Source of the DNA: an uncultured Opitutia bacterium
GTDB lineage: Bacteria > Verrucomicrobiota > Verrucomicrobiia > Opitutales > Opitutaceae
Direction: 5' to 3'
DNA length: 64,000 nucleotides
Assembly (NCBI GenBank): GCA_903902745.1
Contig: CAIUWA010000016.1
Coordinates: 208,024-272,023 of the forward strand
This document shows, piece after piece, positions 33,936 to 41,918 of the stretch. Below the pieces are notes generated by a model. That model was not told the DNA's origin, made no database searches, and worked only from the letters and a program-made list of their open reading frames with translations. Numbering within the stretch: the stretch's first letter is position 1; each line of letters starts with the position of its first letter. A program made the translations under genes and the position numbers.

Positions 33936-34615
33936 ATTGGCTTTTGGGGCAGGGGATCGGTTGCGGCGTAAATCGTGGGATCGGTTAGCCCGGCTTGCGC
34001 GAAGGCCTCGCGGCGCTCGACGCAGGTGCCGCATTTGCCGCAATGCACGGCGCCGCCCTTGTAGCACGACCAGGTGCGCGCGAAATCCACGCCCAACCGG
34101 GCGCCGAGCGTGGCGATCTCACCCTTGTTCAGCGCAATGAAGGGCCGCAGCAGTTGCACGCCGGCATAAGTACCGAGCCGCATAGCCTCGCCCATCGCGC
34201 GCATGAAGTCCTCTCGGCAATCGGGATAAATCGCATGGTCGCCGCTGTGCGCCGCGATGACGAGCCCTTCGGCCTCGCTGCTTTCGGCAAAGCCGGCGGC
34301 GATGGACAGCATGATGGCATTCCGGAACGGCACCACGGTCTGCTTCATGTTCGCCGCTTCATAGTGACCTTCAGGGATGTCGCCGCCACTGGCGAGCAGG
34401 CCCGAGGCAAACAATCGGTCCATGAAACGCAGCGGCACGGTCTCGTGGCGCACGCCCAGCTGCGCCGCGTGCTCGGCGGCGAACGGCAGCTCCCGGGGGT
34501 TGTGCTTGGAGCCGTAGTCAAAACTCACGGCGGCGTGCACGGTGTGCTCCCGCCGCGCCCAATGGAGCGCGGTCACGGAGTCCATCCCGCCGGAACAAAG
34601 CACAACGACCTTCAT
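33932..34615 (-). CDS. queC: 7-cyano-7-deazaguanine synthase
   Basis: From ATG 34615 the product reads MKVVVLCSGGMDS (PP-loop). It has the C-terminal zinc Cys cluster CYKGGAVHCGKCGTCVER. Confidence 0.93.
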   Translation of the reverse strand: MKVVVLCSGGMDSVTALHWARREHTVHAAVSFDYGSKHNPRELPFAAEHAAQLGVRHETVPLRFMDRLFASGLLASGGDIPEGHYEAANMKQTVVPFRNAIMLSIAAGFAESSEAEGLVIAAHSGDHAIYPDCREDFMRAMGEAMRLGTYAGVQLLRPFIALNKGEIATLGARLGVDFARTWSCYKGGAVHCGKCGTCVERREAFAQAGLTDPTIYAATDPLPQKPI

Positions 34616-34757
34616 GCCGGCGGAAGTTTGCGGGCCCGGGGTTACTCCGCCAGACTTTCCGGCTGGTTCCGGCCCACCGGGGCTTTTCCTCCGGCGGGAC
34701 AGGCCGAGAAAGAAAGTCGCCTGTTTCGCCCCGGCCACCCATACTTTTTCCCGCTCC

Positions 34758-35936
34758 ATGATTTCCCGCTTCCTTCCGGTGAGGCTTCGCCGTTTGCTCG
34801 GTGTCAAAGTGACCACCCGCCCGCCCGCCTTTCAGCTCATCGATCAACCAGCGCAGCTCGCGCCGCTGCTCGCCGCCCTCGGACGCGTCGAGGAGGTCGC
34901 CCTCGATACCGAGGCGGACAACATGTTTCACTACCGCACCCGGGTCTGCCTGCTGCAGTTCCTCGTTGATGGCGAGGTCTTCCTGGTCGACGTGCTTGCA
35001 CCGGGCATGCAGCTCGATCCGCTCTGGGCGATCCTCGCGCACAAGCACCTCATCATGCACGGCAGCGATTTCGACCTGCGCCTGTTGCACGACCTCTGCC
35101 GGTTTCGCACCCACAGCCTGTTCGACACGATGCTCGCCGCGCAGCTCCTCAACCGCCAGCGCATCGGCCTGGCCGCTCTCCTCGAGGAACATTTTGGCGT
35201 CGCCATCGACAAGTCCGGCCAGAAGGCCAACTGGTCCGCTCGGCCCATCACGCCCAAGCTTCTCACCTACGCCGCGCTGGATGTCTGGCACCTGCCCGCC
35301 TTGCGCGACATCCTCGCCCGGGAATTGGCAAAACGCGGCCGGACGCAATGGATGGAGCAGCAATGCCGGGCGCAAATCGAGGCCGGCAGCACGGGCTTTG
35401 CCCCGCCGGACGAAAACGACTGGCGCATCGGAAAATCCGAGCGTCTCCGTGGCCGCGGCCTGTCCGTGCTCCACGCCGTCTGGCATTGGCGCGAGGCCCA
35501 GGCCAAGCGCATCGACACGGCGCCCTTCAAGGTTTGCGGCAATGAGCTCCTGCTCCGCATTTCCGCTGCGTGCGATGAGGAGGGTGCTACGCCCGAGGCC
35601 GTGCTTGGCCAGGTGAACCTTGGCCGGCGCCATGACCGGATTTTCCCCTCCCTGGCCGAGGCCGTGCGGGCTGGCTTCGATCGCGATCCCAAGACCCTGC
35701 CCCGCCGGCCCGGACGGGATTACCGGCACGCGGCCCTGACTCAGGCGGAAGTGGAGCGCCTTGATCGCATCAAGGAGGATCGCGACCGGGTCGCCGCGAA
35801 GATCGAGCTCGATCCCACTCTCATCGCCAGCCGCGCCCAACTCGCGCAGATAACCCGCGCCCCGGACCGGATCGACGATGTCCTGCTGCGCTGGCAGGCG
35901 GATCTGCTCCGCGATATCCCGTCCTTGAAAAGCTAA
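34758..35936 (+). CDS. rnd: ribonuclease D (DEDDy 3'-5' exonuclease plus HRDC)
   Basis: Exo motifs LDTEAD, HGSDFDL and YAALDV, plus a C-terminal HRDC-like region. Start set at ATG 34758. Confidence 0.85.
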   Translation: MISRFLPVRLRRLLGVKVTTRPPAFQLIDQPAQLAPLLAALGRVEEVALDTEADNMFHYRTRVCLLQFLVDGEVFLVDVLAPGMQLDPLWAILAHKHLIMHGSDFDLRLLHDLCRFRTHSLFDTMLAAQLLNRQRIGLAALLEEHFGVAIDKSGQKANWSARPITPKLLTYAALDVWHLPALRDILARELAKRGRTQWMEQQCRAQIEAGSTGFAPPDENDWRIGKSERLRGRGLSVLHAVWHWREAQAKRIDTAPFKVCGNELLLRISAACDEEGATPEAVLGQVNLGRRHDRIFPSLAEAVRAGFDRDPKTLPRRPGRDYRHAALTQAEVERLDRIKEDRDRVAAKIELDPTLIASRAQLAQITRAPDRIDDVLLRWQADLLRDIPSLKS

Positions 35937-35982
35937 AGTGGCCGCCAACCTCCAGGCGGCGGATTCCGGAAGCGAAGTGTAG

Positions 35983-36065
35983 GGGCGTACCTTGTTTACG
36001 CCCGGTTCCGCGATGAGGAATTGCCGGTCAAGCCGCGCGATTGGGGCGCACGCAAGTTGCGCCCC
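35983..36065. repeat. two REP-like GGGGCG hairpins
   Basis: GGGCGTA-ccttgtt-TACGCCC occupies 35983-36003 and GGGGCGCA-cgcaagt-TGCGCCCC occupies 36043-36065. The second is followed by GAC, as in the 55128 unit. Confidence 0.6.
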
Positions 36066-36083
36066 GACATAAGGAGGGTTTTT

Positions 36084-36110
36084 CTTTGCGCCTTCGCACC
36101 TTTGCGCGAG
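36084..36110. repeat. solo pyrimidine arm related to the CGCAGAGG-word family
   Basis: CTTTGCGCCTTCGCACCTTTGCGCGAG resembles the right arm GCGCCTTCGCGCCTCTGCGCGAG at 56300-56321. It lies 23 nt upstream of the OleC-like start. Confidence 0.5.
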
Positions 36111-36133
36111 CCTCGGGTTTCCTCCCTGTGTCC

Positions 36134-37816
36134 ATGTCTGCCCGCCCTGAGCCCGTCGATCGGGACGCCAATGCCAACATCGCCCGCCATCTCTCCCTGA
36201 TGGCGGCCAGCCGGCCGGAGATGCCGGCGCTGAAGGTTTTCCGGGGGCGCACTTCCACCGGCGACATCGATTATCTGACTCTCACCTTCGCCGAACTCGC
36301 GTCCGAGGTGGAAGCCTGGCGGTCGCGGCTGATTGCGCACGGCGTGCAACGTGGCGACCGCACGTTGGTAATGGTGCGGCCGGGTCTGCCATTGATCGCG
36401 TCGGTCTTCGCCCTTTTCCAGCTGGGGGCGGTGCCGGTGATTATCGATCCGGGCATGGGGCTTAAAAATTTCCTGGGCTGCGTAGCCCGTTCGCGCCCGC
36501 GGGCACTGGTGGGTATTCCGTTCGCCCGGTTCGTCAGCCACGTCTTCCGTTCGGCCTTTTCCTCCGTTGCGGTCCGCGTTCCTGCCAGTGGTTCGCTGGT
36601 CGCGCGCTTGAAACCGGATAAATCTCAAATCTCCGATCTCAAATCCGGGATCGTCGTCAGCAAGGCAGACGATCTGGCCGCCATTCTTTTTACCTCCGGT
36701 TCCACCGGTGCGCCCAAGGGGGTTTGCTACGAGCACGGCATGTTCGACGCGCAGGTGCGGCTCATTCGCGAGGCCTATGGCATCGCCCCCGGCGAGATCG
36801 ACCTGCCGATGCTGCCCATCTTCGCACTCTTCAATCCCGCGCTCGGATTGACGACAATCGTACCCGAAATCGATCCGCGGCATCCGGCCCGGGTTGATCC
36901 GGCCCGGATTGTGCAGGCCATCCTGCAGGAGAAGGTGACGAACTCCTTCGGGTCTCCGACGCTCTGGCGGAAGATCTTTGATTACTGCCTGGCCCGCGAC
37001 ATCAAGCTGCCCACCTTGCGCCGCGTGCTTTGCGCGGGAGCCCCGGTGCCGCTCTCCCTGTATGTCGATTCCCAGAAGATTCTGCCCAACGGTATTCTCT
37101 GCAGTCCTTACGGTGCCACCGAGGCCCTGCCGGTGAGCAGCACGCACACCTTCGAGGTTCTGGCGAAGGACGTGCTCAGTGACAGCGTCCGTTACGGCAC
37201 CTGCGTCGGACGTCCTCTTGCGAACATGGAGGTGCGCATCATTGCCATTACGGACACTCCGATCTCCAGCATCACCGAAACCCGGGAGCTTTCCCGCGGC
37301 GAAATTGGGGAGATCATCGTGCGCGGCCCGGTGGTGACGCGGGTTTACGACGGCCTGGAGAAAGCCACGGCCGCAGCAAAAATCCGGGATGGCGAAACCG
37401 TCTGGCACCGCATGGGCGATTGTGGCCGCGTCGACGAAGCCGGCCGCCTTTGGTTTTGCGGGCGCAAGGCGGAGCGGGTGACCACGCCCGTAGGCACCTT
37501 GTTCACGGATCCCTGCGAGCAGGTCTTCCGGTCGACCTTTGCCGGATTGCGGGTGGCACTCATTGGCTTGGGTCAGCCGGGCCAAATGACGCCGGCCTTG
37601 GTGGTGGAGGACTCGCCGATTGCCCGGGACCGGGAATTATTTTTCGGGATTGTCCGGCAGACGGCGCAAGCCCACCCGCACACCGCCGGGATCAGGCGGT
37701 TTTTTATTCACCCGCAGTTTCCCGTGGACACGAGGCACAACGCCAAGATCCACCGCCTCGCGCTCGCGAAATGGGCCGCCACGGCAAAGGCCTTCGTGGA
37801 GGATTCCGAATCGTGA
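36134..37816 (+). CDS. AMP-dependent synthetase/ligase, OleC-like (olefin beta-lactone synthetase family candidate)
   Basis: Adenylation motif LFTSGSTGAPKG, then YGATE. PIFALFNPALGLTTIVPEIDP resembles OleC-type proteins as I recall them. It is translationally coupled to a 3-beta-HSD-family gene. Confidence 0.8.
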   Translation: MSARPEPVDRDANANIARHLSLMAASRPEMPALKVFRGRTSTGDIDYLTLTFAELASEVEAWRSRLIAHGVQRGDRTLVMVRPGLPLIASVFALFQLGAVPVIIDPGMGLKNFLGCVARSRPRALVGIPFARFVSHVFRSAFSSVAVRVPASGSLVARLKPDKSQISDLKSGIVVSKADDLAAILFTSGSTGAPKGVCYEHGMFDAQVRLIREAYGIAPGEIDLPMLPIFALFNPALGLTTIVPEIDPRHPARVDPARIVQAILQEKVTNSFGSPTLWRKIFDYCLARDIKLPTLRRVLCAGAPVPLSLYVDSQKILPNGILCSPYGATEALPVSSTHTFEVLAKDVLSDSVRYGTCVGRPLANMEVRIIAITDTPISSITETRELSRGEIGEIIVRGPVVTRVYDGLEKATAAAKIRDGETVWHRMGDCGRVDEAGRLWFCGRKAERVTTPVGTLFTDPCEQVFRSTFAGLRVALIGLGQPGQMTPALVVEDSPIARDRELFFGIVRQTAQAHPHTAGIRRFFIHPQFPVDTRHNAKIHRLALAKWAATAKAFVEDSES

Positions 37817-38820
37817 GCACCCTGGTCACCGGTGGAACGGGTTTTCTCGGGCGGCGGCTCGTTGAGCGGCTGCTGGCCGCCGGTCGCCCAGTGACAGTGG
37901 TCGGCCGAACGCCGGCTCCCGATCTTGAGTCGCGCGGAGTCCGCTTTGTGCGCGCCTCGCTGGATGATGCGGAGGCCATGCGCGCAGCCTGCGCCGGCAT
38001 CGAAACCGTTTTCCACGTTGCGGCCAAGGTCGGGGTCTGGGGACGATATGATGATTTTTTTCGCACCAATGTCCTTGGGACCCGCGCCCTGCTTGAAGGC
38101 TGCCGGGCGCATGGCGTGCAGCGCCTCGTCTACACGAGCACGCCGAGCGTGGTCTACAACGGCCGCGAACTGGCCGGGGCGGATGAATCGCTCCCGCTCA
38201 CGACGGCCTGCCCGAGCCCCTATCCGCTGACGAAGGCCGTGGCGGAGCGCGAGATCCTGGCGGCAAACTCCGCGACCTTTCGCACCGTGGCCCTGCGCCC
38301 GCACCTCATCTGGGGCAACGGCGATCCGCACCTCGTGCCGCGCGTGCTCGCGCGCGCCCGGGCCGGCCGCCTGCGCATTGTGGGTGGAGGAAAAAACCGG
38401 ATCGACATGGTCCACGTCGAAAACGCTGTCGACGCCCATCTCCTCGCCGAGTCCGCCCTGAGTGGTGAAGCGCCCCGCACTGCGGCCGGCAAGGCGTACT
38501 TCATTACGAATGGCGAGCCGGTGGTGCTCTGGGACTGGATCAACCTTTTGCTGCAGGGCGTTGGTGAACCACCGGTGACGAAGCATATTTCACTCGGGTC
38601 GGCTTCGATCCTTGGGGCAGTGTGCGAAACCCTTTGGCGGGTGTTGCCGCTCAAAACCGAGCCGCCCATGACCCGCTTCATCGCGTCCGAGTTGGCGAAG
38701 GACCACTGGTTCAATCTTTCCGCCGCCCGCCGCGATCTCGGCTATGCCCCGCGGATCAGCATGGCTGCCGGCACCGCCGAACTTATCGCCCATTTACGGG
38801 CCGCCGCCAACCGGACGTAG
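37813..38820 (+). CDS. NAD(P)-dependent 3-beta-hydroxysteroid dehydrogenase/epimerase family protein, OleD-like
   Basis: The GTG start overlaps the upstream stop (GTGA). It has the TGGTGFLG Rossmann motif, the YPLTK YxxxK motif, and LVYTSTPSV and GKAYFITNGEP blocks. Confidence 0.85.
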   Translation: MSTLVTGGTGFLGRRLVERLLAAGRPVTVVGRTPAPDLESRGVRFVRASLDDAEAMRAACAGIETVFHVAAKVGVWGRYDDFFRTNVLGTRALLEGCRAHGVQRLVYTSTPSVVYNGRELAGADESLPLTTACPSPYPLTKAVAEREILAANSATFRTVALRPHLIWGNGDPHLVPRVLARARAGRLRIVGGGKNRIDMVHVENAVDAHLLAESALSGEAPRTAAGKAYFITNGEPVVLWDWINLLLQGVGEPPVTKHISLGSASILGAVCETLWRVLPLKTEPPMTRFIASELAKDHWFNLSAARRDLGYAPRISMAAGTAELIAHLRAAANRT

Positions 38821-38882
38821 TAGCCGGGGTGACGACGAGAGCTGTGCGTCTGTCGAAACATTAGCCGGCCTGCGATCGCCAC

Positions 38883-39704
38883 TCAAAGACTCCGCTGCCG
38901 CACGGCTTCGAAGAGGGCGATGATTGCGGCCATGGCGACGTTGAGTGAATCGGCTTGGCCGGCCATTGGGATGCGAACGGGCAGGTCGGCGTTTTTCAGC
39001 CAGAACTCGCTCAAGCCGTATTGCTCGCTGCCCATCACGAGGGCCAGCGGGCCGCGCAGATCGGCGGTGCTGTAAACGGTCGCGGCGGCAGGCGTGGTGG
39101 CCACGGTGCGGATTTTTTTCCCGTGCAGCCAGGCCAGCACGCCGGCGCTATCGCCCACCACGCACGGCACGGAGAAAAGCACCCCGGTGGAGGCACGAAC
39201 CACGTTGGGGTTGAAAAGATCGGTGACCGGGTCGCAGACGATGACGGCGTGGCAGCCCGCGGCATCGGCGCTGCGGAGGATGGTGCCGAGGTTGCCGGGC
39301 TTTTCGATGGCCTCGACCACCAGCAGGAAAGGCACGGCGGGCAGCACGAGGTCGGCAAGTGTGCGCGACCACTGGGGCGCGACGGCCAGCAGGCCGTCAG
39401 GCCGCTCCCGATAGGCCACCTTGGCGAAAGCCTCCTTGGTCAACTCGAACAACTGGGCGCCCGCCGCGCGAGCCTGCTCGATGAGCGCAGGCTCGTTTTC
39501 GCCCAGAAACCAGTCGGGGGCGAAATAGAGCTCCTGCAACTTCACCTGCTTCTCCAGGGCGCGGCGGATCTCGCGGTAGCCCTCGATCAGGAACACGCCG
39601 GCCTCATCCCGCGGCCGGCGGTCGCGCAGCCGCACGAGCTCCTTGAGGCGCGGATTCTGGAGGCTGGAAATCTTTTCGACGGGCACAGTTTTGTTTTTAG
39701 CCAC
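38883..39704 (-). CDS. TrmH/SpoU-family RNA 2'-O-methyltransferase
   Basis: SpoU knot motifs NLGTILRSADAAG, GSEQYGLS and IPMAGQADSLNVAMAA. The GTG start lies inside the repeat word GCCACAGAG. Confidence 0.88.
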   Translation of the reverse strand: MAKNKTVPVEKISSLQNPRLKELVRLRDRRPRDEAGVFLIEGYREIRRALEKQVKLQELYFAPDWFLGENEPALIEQARAAGAQLFELTKEAFAKVAYRERPDGLLAVAPQWSRTLADLVLPAVPFLLVVEAIEKPGNLGTILRSADAAGCHAVIVCDPVTDLFNPNVVRASTGVLFSVPCVVGDSAGVLAWLHGKKIRTVATTPAAATVYSTADLRGPLALVMGSEQYGLSEFWLKNADLPVRIPMAGQADSLNVAMAAIIALFEAVRQRSL

Positions 39705-39790
39705 AGAGCCACGGAGAGCACGGAGAATCGTACTCTGTTTTCATGCTTTCTTCCGGGCATTGAACCCTGTGTCCTCAGTTCCTCCGTGGC
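39700..39790. repeat. GAG-word palindromic element (copy D)
   Basis: Left arm is GCCACAGAGCCACGGAGAGCACGGAGAAT and right arm is CCCTGTGTCCTCAGTTCCTCCGTGGC. The outer 9 bp match 8/9, and complementarity is word-level further in. The element spans the whole divergent gap. Confidence 0.7.
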
Positions 39791-41135
39791 AAAAAAACGA
39801 TTCAACGACAAACCTTTCGCTTATCACCAGGAGGTCGAGCTGGAGATCACCACGCTCACGAACCTCGGCTCCGGCCTTGGCCGGGTAAAGTTGCCAGACG
39901 GGACCGAGGAGGACCGCGCCCTCCGTAGCTCAACGAGCGAAGGAGGGTGGGTCGTGATGGTTCCATTTGCCTTGCCCGGCGAGCGAGTGCGGGTCCGGGT
40001 GTTTCGCAACCAGAAGAATTTTTCCGAAGCCGATGTGGTCGAAGTCCTCACGCCGTCGCCGCATCGCGTGAGGCCGCGCTGTCCAATCTTTGGGCGCTGC
40101 GGCGGATGCCAGTACCAGCATTTTGCCTATGGCGAACAGCTCGCCTGGAAGCAGCGCCAGGTCGCCGAATTGCTGAAGCACATGGCCGGGGTGGAATTTT
40201 CGGTGGCACCAGTCATCGCCTCGCCCGAGGAATTTGGCTATCGATCAAAAATCACGCCTCATTTCAACGCCCCGCGCGGCGGGGAGGGCCGGGAGCTTGG
40301 GGCCGAGGGACCGGCGGGGGCTGATCTGCCCATCGGTTTCCTGCGGCAGGGCACGCGCTTCGACATCGTGGATGTGCCGCGCTGCGACATCGCGACCGAT
40401 GCGATCAACGCGCGCCTGCCAGCGATGCGGGCCAACATCCGCACCCGGGTGGCCGCCGGTGAATTTTCGCGCGGCGGCACCCTACTGCTGCGCGATGCCA
40501 GTGGAGTGGTGACGAACGATTACGAGGCCATCGTGACCGAGACGGTGGGCCATTTGAAACTCCGTTTCCTCGCGCGCGATTTTTTCCAGAACAACCCGTT
40601 CATCCTGCCGGCCTTCACGGATTACGTGCGCGGTCAGGCCGCGGCGGATGGGGCGCGCTATCTGGTTGATGCCTATTGCGGCAGCGGACTTTTTGCCCTG
40701 ACGGCGGCCCCGGCCTTCGAGCGTGTGGCGGGTGTGGAAATCAGCGAGAGCAGCATCAAGTTCGCCCAGCAGAATGCCGCGGCCAACGGCATCGCCAACG
40801 TGACCTTCCTGGCCGGCGACGCGGCAAAGATCTTCAGTGGACTGGCGTTCCCCCCGGCGGAAACAGCCGTGATCATCGACCCGCCCCGCAAAGGCTGCGA
40901 CGAAAGCTTCCTCCACCAGCTCTTCGCCTTCGGCCCGGCCACGGTGGTTTACGTCAGTTGCGACCCTGCGACCCAGATGCGCGACCTGCGCCATTTCATC
41001 GGCGCCGGCTACGCCCTGACCGCGGTGCAACCCTTTGATCTTTTTCCCCAAACCCGGCATCTGGAGTGCGTCATCACGCTGCACCGGGATGCTACCGGTA
41101 TTCCAGCCACTCCAGGGACGAATACTGTTCGGTAA
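39786..41135 (+). CDS. rlmD: RumA/RlmD-family 23S rRNA (uracil-C5)-methyltransferase
   Basis: TRAM-like N-terminus, Fe-S cluster CPIFGRCGGCQYQH, SAM fold DAYCGSGLF and catalytic YVSCDPAT. There is no in-frame ATG, so GTG 39786 is proposed as the start. The upstream 830 nt of ORF 38955-41135 is an antisense shadow. Confidence 0.85.
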   Translation: MAKKRFNDKPFAYHQEVELEITTLTNLGSGLGRVKLPDGTEEDRALRSSTSEGGWVVMVPFALPGERVRVRVFRNQKNFSEADVVEVLTPSPHRVRPRCPIFGRCGGCQYQHFAYGEQLAWKQRQVAELLKHMAGVEFSVAPVIASPEEFGYRSKITPHFNAPRGGEGRELGAEGPAGADLPIGFLRQGTRFDIVDVPRCDIATDAINARLPAMRANIRTRVAAGEFSRGGTLLLRDASGVVTNDYEAIVTETVGHLKLRFLARDFFQNNPFILPAFTDYVRGQAAADGARYLVDAYCGSGLFALTAAPAFERVAGVEISESSIKFAQQNAAANGIANVTFLAGDAAKIFSGLAFPPAETAVIIDPPRKGCDESFLHQLFAFGPATVVYVSCDPATQMRDLRHFIGAGYALTAVQPFDLFPQTRHLECVITLHRDATGIPATPGTNTVR

Positions 41136-41805
41136 GTCCGCCGATTTCTTCTTCCGGCAGGTCGGGCCAGGGTGCCGGCTCGGTGGTGGTGCCGAGCACG
41201 TGGGCGAGACCCGCGGTGAAATCATCGCTAAATTTTCCCCAGTCCAGGGCGAGGCCGGCAGCGGGCCGCCAGATTGAGCCTTGGAACAGCAGGCCGTGCT
41301 TGTTCCGTTTTTGCGCGACTCCGGCGATCTTTTGGCCCGTGGTTTCGTGGACGACATCATGATACTCGGCGCGCTCGAAACAGACTCCGGCAGGCTCGGT
41401 GAAGGATGCGGATGGGGCGCCCACGGGTTTGGTGAGCGCCGGCACGCCTTGCGCCCGCAGCGCGGCGGCGAGGCATTCGTGCACTTCGCGGTAGCTTTGC
41501 GTGGCGCGCAGCTCTTCCAGCGGATGGCCGCGTGGGATCACGAGGGCATAGGTCCAGTCGTCGCGATGGTCGACGATCCCTCCGCCCGTGGGGCGCCGGC
41601 AGAGATCAAAGGGGCCGTCCGCCGGTAGCGTGGCGCGCACCAAGGCAATCTTCTGACTGTAGCCGAAGGTAAAGGCCGGTCGCTGCCAGCCATAATGGCG
41701 GAAGCGCGGCACGTCCGCCTGCGGGTAGCGTTGCAGCAGGAGGAAATCGCACGCCATGTTCTCGGCGGCGCCACCGGTGCGTACGGGCAGGAGATGCAGG
41801 GTCAT
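41092..41805 (-). CDS. lipoate-protein ligase / BPL-LPL catalytic-domain protein
   Basis: 237 aa from ATG 41805 with RRPTGGGIVDH and KIAGVAQKR motifs. Its 3' end overlaps the rlmD-like 3' end by 44 nt. Confidence 0.75.
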   Translation of the reverse strand: MTLHLLPVRTGGAAENMACDFLLLQRYPQADVPRFRHYGWQRPAFTFGYSQKIALVRATLPADGPFDLCRRPTGGGIVDHRDDWTYALVIPRGHPLEELRATQSYREVHECLAAALRAQGVPALTKPVGAPSASFTEPAGVCFERAEYHDVVHETTGQKIAGVAQKRNKHGLLFQGSIWRPAAGLALDWGKFSDDFTAGLAHVLGTTTEPAPWPDLPEEEIGGLTEQYSSLEWLEYR

Positions 41806-41918
41806 TGCTCCCGAAAGCGAATGCACAAAAACGGCGAAAGCCAAACTTGCTCGATATGCCTGATCCTGTCCGGCCACCCGTCGGCCCGGCTTAATCCACC
41901 AACCTTGACGATGCCGGA

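Noticed and set aside
34616-34700. Possible preQ1 riboswitch upstream of queC
   Set aside because: The leader contains GUAACCCC, which is reminiscent of preQ1-I aptamers. It lacks the A-rich tail and the pseudoknot-forming 3' segment, and I could not build the consensus fold by eye. A covariance-model scan (Rfam preQ1-I/II/III) would settle it.
34518-37585. 476-aa and 529-aa minus-strand ORFs (34518-35948, 35996-37585)
   Set aside because: They are antisense shadows of rnd and the OleC-like ligase.
38955-39785. N-terminal 277 residues of ORF 38955-41135
   Set aside because: This part is antisense to the TrmH-family gene and shows no similarity to the RumA family. The real gene most likely starts at GTG 39786.
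41092-41135. 44-nt convergent overlap of the rlmD-like and LplA-like 3' ends as a special feature
   Set aside because: Both C-terminal tails are non-conserved extensions, and such overlaps are common in compact GC-rich genomes. I see no evidence of function.
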